The translations under genes and the position numbers were made by a program. 64,000 bases of DNA, taken from positions 46,562,001-46,626,000 of the forward strand of contig OX597820.1 of NCBI GenBank assembly GCA_951406725.2, in the 5' to 3' direction. Positions 1-14,256 of the stretch are shown piece by piece (within the stretch, counting starts at the first letter, position 1; each line of letters opens with the position of its first letter). The notes under the pieces were generated by a model. That model was not told the origin of the DNA. It did no database searches and saw only the letters and a program-made list of their open reading frames with translations. The stretch comes from Octopus vulgaris. Taxonomy: Eukaryota.

Positions 1-400
1 CATTTTTATTTGGATTACATACATTTTATTTAGATTATAAACAATTGTATATAATAATTCTAATTGCATCAAAATAGAATGAAAACAAAGAGAGGGAAAA
101 TATCTATCAGAATATTCTCTATTGGAGTTTACAATTATCGTCATTTGCATCTGCTTTTCATACTTGCATGGGTTGCATTGTTCACGATAGTCCAGATCAG
201 CTCTTATTTGGAATTACAGCACTCCTAGACAAGTCAAAGGACTATACTTTGCTCATACATTACATTTATGAATGAGAGATTAAAATTTCTTGATAAGTTT
301 ACAGAGAGGCCAAATACACAATTATACATTTCAGTAAACAATCACTGTAACAATGTTTACAGACAGATACTGATGATCGTAAGGAGGTATTAACACTTAC

Positions 401-759
401 CTGACCTTGTCCAAGGGATATAGTCTGTATCTTTTGTGTGAAACCTTTGTCTTCACCAAACTTGAGCAGTGCAGCCATAGGGTCAGCACCAGGGGATAGG
501 ACAAATATGAGAGGGGCACAGCAGTTTGAATCACCAAAAGAACCTTCAAGATCAAAAGTTGGGGGATCAATGTAAGCAGGGCCGAGGTTGTTGATAATGA
601 ATTCTTGCACTTTTGGTATCATTTTGTCAGGGCGCAAACATCGCAGGATGATCATGCATTCCATCTCAGTACACGCGTTAAATTGAGCAGGCACTGGCAA
701 AGTATGTGGAGATGAATGATCATATATTTCCTTCCACAGATTTGGGTCATTTTGGACAC
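401..759 (-). CDS. DNAH3: Dynein heavy chain exon, start of AAA6 (gene continues left of the window)
   Basis: VQNDPNLWKEIYD...LRCLRPDK...PLIFVLSPGADPMAALLKF...ISLGQGQ; tag/gtaag. Confidence 0.94.
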
Positions 760-1648
760 CTAAACAAATATATACATATAAATACTCATGTTTAGAGTTA
801 CTAATGACAAAAAAGGTACTCAATATACATAATAAGGAATGAAAACAAGAGGCGGAATGTATTTACTTGTATAAAGTTGATGATCCACTCCCTAGCTATA
901 CATGATATACTCATTCAATCTTTAAAAGGATGACTACTGAAAAGTAAGATGGTAGAAATGTTACTGATTCATGGATCTCTTTGGTTTGTATAAGTCATGT
1001 GTTGAGCTTCAGTGTCTGATGGTTATTGGTGGAAGTCAAGGGAGGCAGGTTAATATTATTCAATTAGTCCAACAGCCATAGTGGAGATTACTTTTGTGTA
1101 ATAGTGTTTGTGATTGAAAAACATTTTGCAACTGAATTTTTTTTTTTTTTCTTTTTAACCAAATCAATTCCTTCCAAAATCTCAATGATCACCTGACCTG
1201 AATCATCTCAAACAATCATCTTATATCCATATATCAGCAGACAAGTCAGAAACATAATTTATATAATCTACACATCAAATGACACAACAAACTTCTCTGT
1301 AAGACAACATCACTAAAACACACAAGAAAATAAACCTTAATATCTTTATTAAGGCACAGGCATGGCCGTGTGGGTAAGAAGCTCATTGTGCAACTGCATG
1401 GTTTTGGGTTCAATCTCATTGTGAAACACCTTGGGCAAATGTATTCTACTATAGCCCCAGGTCAATCAATTCCTTGTGAGTAAATTTAGTACATGGAAAC
1501 TGTGTTGAAATCCACTTGTGTGTGTGTTTTGTGTGTGTGTGTGTGTGTTTATAACCCACCACTGCTTGACAACTGGCATTGGTTTGTTTACATTCCCCAT
1601 AATTTAGCCAAATGGTAAAAGAGACTGATAGAATAAGTACCAGACACG

Positions 1649-1885
1649 GTACCAGGCAGCGAGCTGGCAGAAATGTTAGCACACTGGGCAAAATGCTTAG
1701 CGGTATTTCGTCTGCTGCTATGTTCTGAGTTCAAATTCTGCCGAGGTCAACTTTGTCTTTCATCCTTTCAGGGTCGATTAAATAAGTACCAGTTATGCAC
1801 TGGGATCGATATAATCAACTTAATCCGTTTGTTTGTTCTTGTTTGACCCCTCTGTGTGTAGCCCCTTGTGGATAGTAAAGAAATA
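1649..1885 (+). mobile_element. tRNA-derived SINE nested inside another SINE (host about 1355-1990)
   Basis: ggcagcgagctggcaga head, gagttcaaat B-box-like motif; 19-bp TSD agaataagtaccagacacg at 1630-1648 and 1886-1904. Confidence 0.85.
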
Positions 1886-2141
1886 AGAATAAGTACCAGA
1901 CACGAAAATAAGTACTAGGGTAGATTTGTTTGACTAAACCCTTCAAGGTGGTGCCGCAGCATGGCTGAACCAAGTAAAAGACAAAAGATTGAATATGGAG
2001 GCAAAAGTCACACAACTAAAAATCAAAAATAGCAGGAAGCACCTGACTATATGAACACTCTTCATCAGCCTTAAAACTTCTTTCTCTGCCCTAAAAGAAG
2101 GTTAATCAAATTCTCTGTCACCAAAATTGAAGTGATTTTAA

Positions 2142-2363
2142 CCCTTTCATTACTGTATTTATTTTGAGATGCTCTGTGTTTCTTCCAATTACTTAAAATA
2201 TAACAAAGAATTTATAGTAAAATAATTTAGTTGTCATTCAGCTAGTGTTGGGAACATAAATTGTGACTAAGGTTTTGTGAAAGATTTTAATTCAAAACTT
2301 ATGAAAACAAGACATTTGTATTCAGAGCCAGAGCCGGTTTCAGCCAGATTGGTAACGAAAGGG
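2142..2363. mobile_element. piggyBac-type MITE (family A; inverted copy at 17045-17266)
   Basis: TTAA|ccctttc…gaaaggg|TTAA. Confidence 0.8.
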
Positions 2364-3280
2364 TTAATCAGTGGAACATTTATTTCCATTAATCCCAAAA
2401 TTAGAAATGCCAATGGGATTATAGTTCTATAATAACTAAGCAGTTAAAGTTATAGAAGATAAGTCAAAACATTTACCCAGTTTGACAGAGACTGATAGAG
2501 AAAAAATACTACTTATCTTTATTCAAAACTTTTTTACTGAAAGCTTTAGAATATGATACAAGAACAAACAACTCCTTCAGTCATATTAATTTCAGTATTG
2601 TCATGAATGCTAGAAAGTCACTTCCGTTTTTGATGACTCTAACTGGCTTTAAAAAAGGTGAAACCCTGTCTCTAATGTTTTGATAGAATAAGGTACTTAA
2701 ACTAGTTGGCTTTTTCATCCAAGATGAGCTTCCACAGTTTCCATCAACCAAATTCACTCTCAAGAACATTGGTCAGCCCAACACTATTGTAAAAGACACT
2801 TGTCCAAGGTGCCACACAGTAGGACCAATCCTGAAATTAAGTGGTTACAAAGCTAACTTCTTACCCACACAGCCATGCCTGCAACTAGTGTTTTCTTTTT
2901 AAGTGACCGCAAAAGGAAGTAAGACAAAGTTGACCTCAAAAAGGATTTGATCTCAGAGAAACACAGAGCGACAGAACAAATATCGCAAGGTATTCAATTT
3001 GCTGTTCTAACAATTCTGCCAGTCCACTTTCTTATATCATCTTCGAACATTTCACTGTTGTTTCCCAGTTCTATCAAATTCAGAAGATTGTTATCCTCTT
3101 TACATTTTGATGGTGATTATTAGATTTCATGAAGTAGCAGATTTTATTTCCTGACAACACATATGATCACCCATCATGAGGTAAATAAAGGTTCACTGTT
3201 TCCATTGCTAATGTCACAACCTACAGTCATTATTCCACCTAGCTAATTAAACACACAGTGATTGATTGATTAATCCTTAC

Positions 3281-3438
3281 TTGTCATGAACTCTTCGAGA
3301 TTCAATAAATTTGAAGCCCTCACAATTTCTGCCCAACTTTTCTCAGTCAACCATTCAGGGGCTGGATTAGGGTATGGATTATCCAGAGCCACACCTCCAG
3401 TTAACAGAAAACGCCAAACATCTTCATCAACATTTCCT
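3281..3438 (-). CDS. DNAH3: Dynein heavy chain exon
   Basis: GNVDEDVWRFLLTGGVALDNPYPNPAPEWLTEKSWAEIVRASNLLNLEEFMT; cag/gtaag. Confidence 0.93.
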
Positions 3439-4182
3439 CTGGAAAAGAAAAGAGGACATTTGTTACAACTCTGTAAAAGAACACTAAACAGACAGTTGGC
3501 CACAAATACATCATGGGTACAACAGAAGTTAGACTCCTCAAACTGAAGATATTTACTGCATTGTTATCGGAGAATCTCTCATTGCCACACACCTTGGAAA
3601 AAGCATTAATTATCATAATTCACCATATCTTTTAGTTTTAGTCTAATTTATAGGTTCTATTGTCCAATAAGAGACACTATTAATAATGAATGGTCCGGCA
3701 GAAGATACGCATAATATCATCACAGGCATATTTTGATCAGCTTCATCTTCAATTGTTCAGTAATATATTATTTAATTCTTTAATTTACTTCAGTCATTTG
3801 ACTGGCCGTGCTGGAGCACTACCTTTAGCTGAACAAATTGACCCCAGGACTTTGTAGGCCTAGTCTTTGTAGGCCTAGTACTTATTCTATCAGTTTCTTT
3901 TGCCAAACTGCTAAGTTACAGGGACATAAGCACACCAACATCGGTAGTCAAGCAATGGTAGAGGGACAAACACAGACACACAAACATATATATATATATA
4001 TATATATACTTTATTGAGAGACTTCTTTCAGTTTCTGTCTACCAGATCCACTCGCAAGGATTTGGTCAGCCCAAGGCTATAGTAGCAGGTGCTCGAGGTG
4101 CCATACAGTGGGACTGAACTCCGATTCATGTGGTTGGTAAGCAAGCTACTTACCACGCAGCCAAGACTAAAGTTGTTGTAGC

Positions 4183-4970
4183 AAGAAAGGAAATAAGACA
4201 CCCATTCCAGCTGGTAAATGACCCTGATCAATATGTAGACAAGGAGTGGGATGTAATTCCATTTGCAGCACCAAGTGTAACCTATGGACACATAAGTGAT
4301 GCTGTGGAATTGTGGGTAGGTTATCAGATAGCATCACTTTCATGTGTGGTAGATGTGCAGGAACAATAAGTACTAAGAGCACATGGGACTTAAACTCTCT
4401 CAAAGGCCTCTTGAGGTAGTAGATAGTTTCTGCTATTTAGGTGACCAAATTAGGAATGGTGATGGATGTTCTGAAAGTATTCTTTCTAGAATAAGAATAG
4501 GATGGAGGAAGTTCAGAGAACTACTACGATTTTGGCAGCAAAAGGACTCTCTCTCAGAATGAAAGGTAGATTGTATGAGAACGGCTGTTACATGGTAGTG
4601 AGACATGAGCTCTGACTGAAGAGGACATGTGTAGACTGGAGAGGAATGAAAGTAGTATGTTGTGTTGGATTTGCAACATCAGTGTGCATGACCAACAAAG
4701 CACAACTGTATTGAGAGAAAAGTTAGAGGGACTAAATGTGATATGCAGGAGAGAAGAATGCATTGGTTTGGACATGTGATGTGTATGAGTGAAGATAGCT
4801 GTATACAGATGTGCCTGTCACTGAAAGTGGATGGTACCCGTGGAAGAGGGAGACCCAGGAAGACATTGGATGAAATAGTTAGGACTGATCTTAGGAGATT
4901 GGGGCTCACAGAGGAAATGATAATGGACCAAGATGTATAGCAATATGAGATTCAAGAGAAGACCCATCCA
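4183..4970 (+). mobile_element. RTE-clade LINE 3' remnant, degraded
   Basis: LLHGSET-AL…RLERNE; QERRMHWFGHV…GTRGRGRPRKT, typical of an RTE ORF2 C-terminus. Confidence 0.8.
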
Positions 4971-6212
4971 TGAAACTGAATGCTAGAAAAGTTGTGTCCT
5001 ACCCACATCTAACAACACACTTTTCACTCACTCTACCCTAAGAAACCAAACAACTTTTCTTCTAACTGCATCTTTCTCTTCCTTACATTCCCTCTTCATA
5101 AACTATGATTGCTTTCCAATCCCCTTTCTGGCCCTCACTGCCAAGCTCACTGTATTGCTACCACCCGCCACCCCACCTTCAAACCCTATTTTTCTACCCA
5201 GGTTCTATGCTCAGATCTTTGTTACATGTGAGTATACCCTACACCATCTCTCTTCTGCTCTCTCTCTATCTCTCTTACATTTTTGCTCTTTCTTACTCTC
5301 TCTCTCTCTTTCCCTTGGTCACTCTCTTTCTCCCTCTCTTGTTTTTCCTCTGACTAGGTAACCAAGTATCTCCCTTACATCAGCACACTTGTTTCTGGCC
5401 TCTTTCTTGTACCTCTTTCTCACTCTCTATCTCTTTCTCTCACTGGGTAACCATGTACCTCCTTTGTAGCAAGACACCTATTTCTGTCTCTCTATTTCTC
5501 TGTTACACTCTAACCTTTCATCATCTACTACTGGATCACTTCCTTTAATGTCCCCTCTGTTGTGGCAAGACACCTGCTTCTGTCTCTCTGTCTCTTTGTC
5601 ACACTCTAACCTTTCATCCTCTAACTCAAATTCCCCTCCTCAAATGCCCCTGCCCCTCTCATGATTCCTTGTCATGTGAGTTACTTGGTTACCCTACTAG
5701 TGCTGGTGCTAAATTAAAAGCATCCAATCCACACTGTAATGTGGTTGGCGTTTAGAAAGGCATCCAGCTGTAAAAACCATGTCAAAACTAACCTCACCTG
5801 TGCTGGTGCCATATAAAAAGCACTGAGTTCACTCTGCAGAGCAGTTGGTGTTAGAAAGGGCATCCAATGACAAAATCCCTGCCAAAATAGACACAGTAGC
5901 CTAGGGTAGTTCTTCTACTTGGCTGGCTCCCTGTTAACCATCCTACCTAAGCGTGCATGGAAGATGGACGTCAAACGAGGATGAGAATGATGATGAATTT
6001 AAGTAGACAAAGATAGTTATGGCCAGTAAATGGGGTTACTCAGAGTTTCACATCTATGGCCAGTCTATGGGGTTACCCAGGGTTTCACGTCTTTGACCAA
6101 TCCATGGGGTTACCTAGAGTTTCATGTTCATAAGGCGCTTAGCTTTATGGCATTTTTTCAGACGCTTATGGCCGGTGGCCTATGACCACTCTTTCAGATT
6201 TATGATTTACTG

Positions 6213-6269
<57 letters not shown>

Positions 6270-6271
<2 letters not shown>

Positions 6272-6592
6272 TCATCATCATCATCATCATCATCATTTAA
6301 CGTCCGCTTTCCATGCTAGCATGGGTTGGACGGTTCAACTGGGGTCTGGGGAGCCCAAAAGCTGCACCAGTCCAGTCAGATCTGGCAGTGTTTCTACAGC
6401 TGGATGCCCTTCCTATGCCAACCATCCGAGAGTGTAGTGGGTGATTTTATGCCACCGACACAGGTGCCAGACGAGGCTGGCAAACGGCCACGCTCGGATG
6501 GTGTTTTTTATGTGCCACCGACACAGGTGCCACCGACACAGGTGCCAGACGAGGCTGGCAGACGGCCACGCTCGGATGGTGTTTTTATGTGC
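6270..6592 (-). mobile_element. SINE-like element with (GAT)n tail and internal ~60-nt tandem units; copies at 8440-8697, 11016-11350, 29265-29478, 42146-42451, 44274-44586, 56990-57345
   Basis: Shared gagtggttggcgttaggaagggcatccagctgtagaaac core and …gacgttaaacgatgatgat tail. Confidence 0.8.
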
Positions 6593-6863
6593 CATATATA
6601 TATATATATAAATGGATCACTGGATGGATGTTGCAATACATATATACATACATTATACTGGACTTGAGATGCAGGCATGGCTGTGTGGTTAAGAAGTTTA
6701 CTTCCCAACTACATGGTTTCAGGTTCTGTCCCCCTCCATGGCACCATTGCCTTGTGAGTAATTTGGTAGTCAGAAGCTAAAAGAAGTTATCATGTGTATA
6801 CACACACACACATACAGACATATATATGTACACCACACACACACACACACGTATGTAAATAAA

Positions 6864-7373
6864 CCGTAAATCCTCGAGTATAGTTCGCCCTTGAGTATAA
6901 TACGCAAGGGATTTTTAGGGGACTGTACCTCTGAAAAAACTAAACCTTGTGTATAATACGCACCCCTTCTCTAACTTGAGTCAAGGAGGTCTATATAACG
7001 TCCTTGGTTTGTAAAAATGTAAACAGTAACGTCCTTTATTATTATTGTATATTTAACATAATGCAAACATGTAACTTTTTTGTGCATTTTGTTTGCAGAA
7101 AATAAATAAATAATAGTAATTACATTTAATAAATGTTGTTTATTGCAAGTTATGGATGATTCTTTTATGACTTCATTGCTTTCAGGCTTAGCTTAAGGTA
7201 TTTTTGCCCAACATCACAAAATGCGTCTGAATAAACATTGCCAGACAGCAAATAGAGTCTCGGACATCGCTTAGAAAATCATTTTCATTTTTAACCTCGT
7301 ATATAGTATGCACTAGGGAATTTGACCTTTAAATTTTGGGGAAAAAATGTGGATTATACTTGAGGATTTATGG
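6864..7373. mobile_element. pogo/Tigger-type MITE
   Basis: TIRs ccgtaaatcctcgagtata…tatacttgaggatttatgg; second copy inverted at 28660-29172. Confidence 0.85.
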
Positions 7374-7639
7374 TACACACTCTTCCTGCTGTCAACTTCC
7401 ACTTATTTCTGAGCAAGGTAATATTTCCACATGGCTATACATGTTCTCAAGGAAGATTAGAAGCCTAGAATTGAAGGATGCCTCTTGTATGAGAGTGAAA
7501 CCTATATCTTTCAATAACACCCTTAAATTAGGCTAAGCCACATTCTGATAGGACACTAAGCAACAACAACAACAACAGCAACAACAATATTTTGAAGAGG
7601 TTCAAAGTAATCCAATATCCAAAACAAATGAATGCTTAC

Positions 7640-7800
7640 GCTCCTTTCATGAGCTCAACACATAAAATGAATGAGAAGAGAAGCTTGTCTTTCTCAAACA
7701 AAGACCGACACACATTCCGATAGATGCTGCTTGTGAAATACAAGTTGAGGTTTTCAATCCGTTTCTCAATATATGATGCTGATGGGCTGTTGGTTATACA
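7640..7800 (-). CDS. DNAH3: Dynein heavy chain exon
   Basis: [53 protein letters not shown]; cag/gtaag. Confidence 0.93.
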
Positions 7801-7889
7801 CTGTAATGTACAGATAAAATACAATTAAAGTCAGGTCATACTACATGTCACATGTTGTACTGACAGTACGGTCTTAATATCCTTACCAC

Positions 7890-8410
7890 TATATTATCAT
7901 CATCATCAACATATTATCATCATCATATCACCACCACCACAACATCATCACTACCAATGTATTATCATTGTCAGCATTATAATCTTACCCCATCATCATC
8001 AGTAGCAGCAACCTTGTAATTATCATTACCACCATTAAAATCACCATTGTCCACATTACCATTGTTATCAGCATTGACATCAACGTTGTTAACCATCATC
8101 ACCATCATCATCACTATCAAACCACTGCCGTTATTATTGCCATTATCGACATCGCCATAGCCACAGTCATCATCGTTGTCATCGTTACTCAGAAAGATCG
8201 GAATTATCATTGCAATATCAACATCATCTTCTTTCTTTATTATCATCATCACCATTGAAACCAATATGACCATCATCAGCATCATCACTGTCATTGTCAT
8301 GCTTATTACCACCACCACCACCACCACCACCACTACCAAGGCATCTAACACCACCACCACCACCACCACCACAACTATCCCCATCAACATATTTATTGTC
8401 ATTATCACTA
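7890..8410. repeat. Degenerate (CAT)/(CAC) low-complexity tract; similar (GAT)n tract at 23354-23485
   Basis: Direct reading. Confidence 0.85.
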
Positions 8411-9247
8411 TGGAGTCCTGAGTCCTGGTCACAGCAATTTTGGCATCAGTGCTGGTGGTACGTAAAAAGCACCAACCGATTGTGGCCATTGCCAGCTTTC
8501 TCTGGGCCCAGTGCTGGTGGCATGTAAAAAGCACCCACTACACACACAGAGTGGTTGGCGTTAGGAAGGGCATCCAGCTGTAGAAACACTGCCAGATCAG
8601 ACTGGAGCCTGGTGCAGCCTCCTGGCTTCCCAGACCCCAATCGAACCATCCAATCAATGCTAGCATGGAAAACAGACGTTAAACGATGATGATGATGAAC
8701 TGTTGGTACAATACCTGTCACAAGTAAGCTGGGAATAGATTTTATGGTCATTTATCAAAACTGATCACTCTCCACCTCATTGAAGATCTGCTTCTGAAGC
8801 TGGGTACTAAACCAATTTCTTCTTGTCTTCTCCATGTTAGTAGGAAGACTACAACACAGCACTATGAAACTGACAAAACACTCGTTAATTATAGTGTTAC
8901 ATTCTCCTCCCACCACTAGTCTGGCATCATACTCCCTGCTCTTGTGATATTGCATCCTCCTGCCACTACTCTCATATGTTACACTTTCCTTCCAGAGAAT
9001 TTTATACAAGTGGGTATTGGAAATTTCCTGGCTTTAGGTAAAAGAAAACACTAGAGGATCAGTTAATTATTTTATTCAACATATTACCCTTTCAGATTCA
9101 CACACTTATCGCAACAGTTCTTTCCTTTTTTCAATGCCTTGTAAAAGAACTTGGAATGTTAGACCTCCAACCAGGCCTTTCGTGATACCTTTTTAGTGAG
9201 CTTGAAGCCCATTAATTTGATAAAATATCAGGTAATCCTTCAATAGC

Positions 9248-9647
9248 TGTAAGAGTTAATCCAATGAAAAAACAACAACAATTCGTGTGAGTTTTTGAGG
9301 CCTTCGTGTACATGGTATGTTTATTCCGATCCGGGAGGAGAGCATTCGTATGCAGCTTGAACTTTTAACATTTTACAGAACAGAATGAAGTTGAACAAGA
9401 AAAGGTTTTCGTCTTGCAGCCTTCCATGACTGGTATAGTGGATTCCACTCAATTCAAATCGGCGCGGGTAGTCTAGTAGCAGAGTGAGACGATGCAGTTA
9501 GCAGCAAGCTGCCTGGTGAGCAAAAGAGGTTGCTCTTTGGTCTGGTTGTCTATTTATCCCCTTTTCACGAGCGCCACCTCATTGTTAACGATGTGACCAG
9601 GGGAGATAACTCCAGATGACCCACGGTCGGGCATGGATTTAACTACA
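9248..9647 (-). mobile_element. Probable solo LTR
   Basis: 400 bp TG…CA with imperfect terminal inverted repeats; TATA-like gataaata and AATAAA in order on the minus strand; TSD not clean. Confidence 0.5.
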
Positions 9648-10141
9648 GTTGCCTACACCCTTAAAACTATCAATTTTTCAGCACCCATTCATACTTCCTC
9701 TGACTATAGAAGTTACATCCTCTCTGACCTCCACTTAGAGAGAAAAATGAAAAACCTTGTTTAATAACTGTAGCTGAAACTGACATATAAACCATAAGCA
9801 ATATGATCTGAATGTAGTAGATAGTGTATGTGTGTGTGTGAATGCATTTGCCATGTAGCTGAGAAGCTTGCTTCCCAACCATGTGGTCTTGGGTTCAGTT
9901 ATGTATGGATGCATGTTTCTGTGTTATGCAATGGGTGCGTGTTCGTGAAAGATGTAATGCTCCTGGTATATGTGCAAACATATATGTTGTTACATATGCT
10001 GTTTGTGTGTGTGTGCGTGTGTGTGTACGTGTGTGTGTATGTGTGCGTGTGTGTGCACACTTGTATGTGTGCATAGATGTATAAATAAATAAATGTATAT
10101 GCATGCAATACAGAAAAGTGAAGGTTAAGTAAAGAAATCAG

Positions 10142-10510
10142 CATGTAGTGTATCACATGACAACAACACATGACAACTAATTGGTGTGAACATGTGATTG
10201 TAGACATGATTTTGTGTGACTGTAACAGAGGTGAAACATGTAGTGTACCACATGACAACACAGCAATCTATCAATGTGAACATGTGATTATAGACACTGC
10301 TTTGTGTGACTGTAAAAGATGTGAAACGATAACATGTAGTGACTGATATGATGCTATGCTATGGGAAGGCAAACAATACAAGCCTCAACATTTAGTGTAC
10401 CACATGGTAACAATGTACAGCATCCAATTAGTGTGAACATGTGATTGTAGACATGACTTCGGGTGACAGTAAAAGTGAAACAACATAAACATGTAGTGTA
10501 CCACATGGAA
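10142..10510. repeat. Degenerate ~95-nt tandem repeat, 3-4 units
   Basis: Recurring catgtagtgtaccacatg…tgtgaacatgtgattgtagacatga…gtgactgtaa…gtgaaac. Confidence 0.8.
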
Positions 10511-10637
10511 ACAACCATAGAAGGAAATTGAGATAACAGCCACATGTGTCTGAGAGCCATTTTAGTGAGTATGTGTGAGTATACATGTATGCATGTGTAC
10601 ATGTCCAAGTGTTTGTGTGTGCACTTATATTTTCAGT

Positions 10638-10978
10638 TTTTAAAGACCCCCTTCGGTCATGAATGACCATGGGATTGCACCTAGAAAGTTACCCTCCTAG
10701 ACACAAGTCCGGGCAAGGTTGTTTATGGAAGACCAGCAGTCGCCCATGCATACCAGCCTCCCTCTCCACGCCACCAGTGTTATCCAAGGGAAAGACAAAG
10801 GTCGATACAGCTTGGCACCAGTGACATCGCAACTCATTTCTACAGCTGAGTGAACTGGAGCAACGTGAAATAAAGTGCTTTGCTCAAGAACACAACACGC
10901 AGCCCGGTCCGGGATTCAAGCTCACAACCTCACGATCGTAAGCTCGACGCTCTAACCACTGAGCCATGCGCCTTCACC
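10638..10978 (-). mobile_element. Young tRNA-derived SINE
   Basis: Head ggcgcatggctcagtggttagagcg with tRNA A/B-box-like motifs; CpGs retained; 12-bp TSD tatattttcagt at 10626 and 10979. Confidence 0.85.
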
Positions 10979-12032
10979 TATATTTTCAGTATGTTTGTAT
11001 ATGTGTGTGTATATATCATCATCATCATCATCATCATTTAACGTCCGTTTTCCATGCTAGCATGGGTTGGACAGTTCGACCGGTGTCTGGTAAGCCATAG
11101 AGGCTACACCAGGCTCCAGTCTGATTTGGCAGTGTTTCTACAGCTGGATGCCCCTCCTAACACCAACCACTCCGTGAGCATAGTGGGTGCTTTTTACATG
11201 CCACCAGCACAGGCGCCAGAGGAGGTTGGCAAATGGCCACGATCGGTTGGTGCTTCTACGTGTCACCGACATGGACGCCAGTCAGGCGGTGCTGGCTTCC
11301 GCCACGTTTGGACGGTGCCTTTTACATGTCATTGGCACAGGTGTCTAAAACCACAACTTCCATTTGATTTTTATTTTGATGGTGTTGACGAACTTGACTC
11401 AACAGGTCTCCTCAAGAACAGCGGGCCACTCTACAATCCAAGGCTAGCACAGCAAGCCGTCCCACGAACCATGAACTCACTTCATTTGTCAGGTCCTCAT
11501 AGTCACAGCATATCTCAGGGGTCTCAGCCTCCGTCATTTCCTCAGTGAGGCGCTACATGCCACCGGCACAGGTATCACAACTACAATATCCATACGATTT
11601 TTATTTTGATGTTGATGAACTTGATACAATAGGTCTCATCAAGCGCAGCAGGCCATCCTGCAAGCCATGAACTCACTTCATTTGTCGGGTCTTCGACATA
11701 TAATGTATGTATGTATACATACACACACATATACACAACAGGAAAAAGTGTTTTGCCGAAGAAAACAAAGCCCTGCTGATCTTGGAATGAAAACCACAAT
11801 TTAACAATTGTGAGAGCAACACCCTGACCACTAGGTTATACATCTTCAGATATATAATGCATATAATGCAATAAAGCATAGTGGTTAAGTATCCCATTGC
11901 ACTTAGAACAGCCAATGCAGAATTCCAAAAGTCCAAACATCCACAATGTTGAAACATATGTAGGAACAAATAATATAAATTTGTGTTTATTGTAACTTTG
12001 TGTGTGCATGTGTGTATTTGTATGTGTGTGTA

Positions 12033-12070
<38 letters not shown>

Positions 12071-12541
12071 GAATACTTGTGAATAATGATCAACAAAAGT
12101 TCAAACAAACCACATAAAGAAAAGAAATTCTTGAGAGACAAAAAAAAAATCCTCACCTCAAAAAGATGGAATATATTAAAGTTATGAAAAGGACATGCAA
12201 GATATGAAGGGATACAGACAGTGGAAAAGAAGGCGCAATGTAGACAGACAACAACCTGTAGTGTGTGTGTATGTGTGTGTGCGCGTGTGCATGCATGTGT
12301 GAGATATTGTGACGTAAGGTGATGAGACACGAGACATGACACAGTGAAGTTTGTGATGGAAGTGTTTGTGAAAGAGGCAGGCTGAGTGAGATGTATCAGA
12401 ATAGAAGAGGAAATTCAATGAAAGCAAGAGGACAGTGGAGGAAGTGTGATCCTGTGAATGGACAGGGAGACAGCACTTGGGGTTAAAAGTGAGAGCATTG
12501 CATAACACAGACGGCAGATTGGGAGGACGATGGGGAGGGGG

Positions 12542-12622
12542 GAAGAAGAAGAAGAAGAAGAAGAAGAAGAAGAAGAAGAAGAAGAAGAAGAAGAAGAAGA
12601 AGAAGAAGAAGAAGAAGAAGAA
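12542..12622. repeat. (GAA)n microsatellite followed by a purine tract
   Basis: Direct reading. Confidence 0.95.
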
Positions 12623-12703
12623 AAGGCAGGAAGAAAGGAAGGAAGGAAGGAGGGAAGAGAAAAAGAAGAGAAGAAAAAGGGAAGAAGGGGTCATAAGAAA
12701 GAC

Positions 12704-12734
<31 letters not shown>

Positions 12735-13994
12735 GGATCTAGAACCTGTAGTCCAAAATATGTGTAAACACAGTCTATATCCTAGCCTCTGTACAGAACA
12801 GAATCTCAAAAGAATCAAAGACACAAGAGAAGTGAGCATTTTTCCAATTTTATGTTGATTAGGGTAATAATTAGCTGAGTCTGCATCATTTAGTTCACAT
12901 CATTTATTCTTTCTATTATTGAATTCTGCAGTAATCAGTAGCATGGAAAAAAGATGAGCTTCAACAATATTGATTATTCTCTACAATTCATGGAACTGAT
13001 GCTTATCTGGAGGACCTATAAGGAGGGGTAGTGAAGTTCAGCCAGTACATTGGACTGGGCCTGTGACTATCTTCCAGGCTCATTCCTAAAAATAAACTCA
13101 CAATCCCTTGAATTCTGAGATGATGCTCCTGTCCAGGGCTTGAAAGCATCTTTAATCTACTTTGCCAAACTTCTCTTAAAGGAATAGCTGTGTGGTTAAG
13201 GTGTTTGTTTTCCAACCATGTGGTTTTGAGTTCAGTTCCATCCCACCTTGGGCCAGCCAAAACCTTGTGAACAGTTTTGGCTGTGGGGTTAAGTAGCTTG
13301 TTTCTCAACCATGTGGTTTTGAGTTTGGTCCTATCCCTTTGTGTGGCACTCATCTTGAGCCAACCAAAGCCTTGTGAGTGATTTTGGCTGATGGAAACTG
13401 AAAGAAGCCTTTTGTGTGTGTGTGTCTGTGAGTGTGTGTGTGTGTGTTTGTGTGCGTTCATGTGCATGTGAGTGTGTCCGCTTGTCTTGACATTACATGA
13501 CAGTTCTAAATGAATGTCAATGTCAGACAAGTGATGTAATTTGTTTCCAGTCTCCTGTGAGAACTTGCCTGGCCATGCTTGGGCACAGGTGAAAGTTGGG
13601 AGCAGGAACAGTCTCTGGTCACAGAAAACCTATCTTGATGAATCCCATCTGCCCCATGTAAGCATAGAAAAGTGGATGTTAAAATGTGGAACATGAAATC
13701 TTGTTCATTTCCAAGTACTCCTGATCAACTCCAGACAGATTTTTAAAAGTGGCAACCAAATTTCACAGAATGAGTCAATGGATCGTTTGTCAATTCCAAA
13801 TGCTACTATCACTGACTATAGAGTAAAACATACAGCCTTGTAATACATGTTTAGTTAGGTGGACTGTACTACTCTGTGGAACCAATATAATAGTAGAACT
13901 ATATCACAATGCAGTATCTGCTAAGAGCTAGATGGATTATAGCTCACTCTGTTTATATACAATTAGTTCAGCTATATCTCAATGTAGTATCTAC

Positions 13995-14166
13995 AGACAT
14001 AGGAGTGGCTGTGTGGTAAGTAGCTTGCTTACCAACCACATGGTTCCGGGTTCATTCCCAATGCGTGGCACCTTGGGTAAGTGTCTTCTACTATAGCCTC
14101 AGGCCAACCAAAGCCTTGTGAGTGGATTTGGTAGACGGAAACTAAAAGAAGCTCATCGTATATATG

Positions 14167-14256
<90 letters not shown>

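Noticed and set aside
6445-6592. Repeat-spacer-looking ~60-nt units
   Set aside because: Internal tandem units of a common SINE-like element in a eukaryote; the units are not unique spacers, so not CRISPR
7977-8534. Long ORFs with poly-V/M/D and similar runs (also 12182-12839, 15582-16024, 23093-23554, 63256-63520)
   Set aside because: Translations of microsatellites and low-complexity DNA; no splice or homology support
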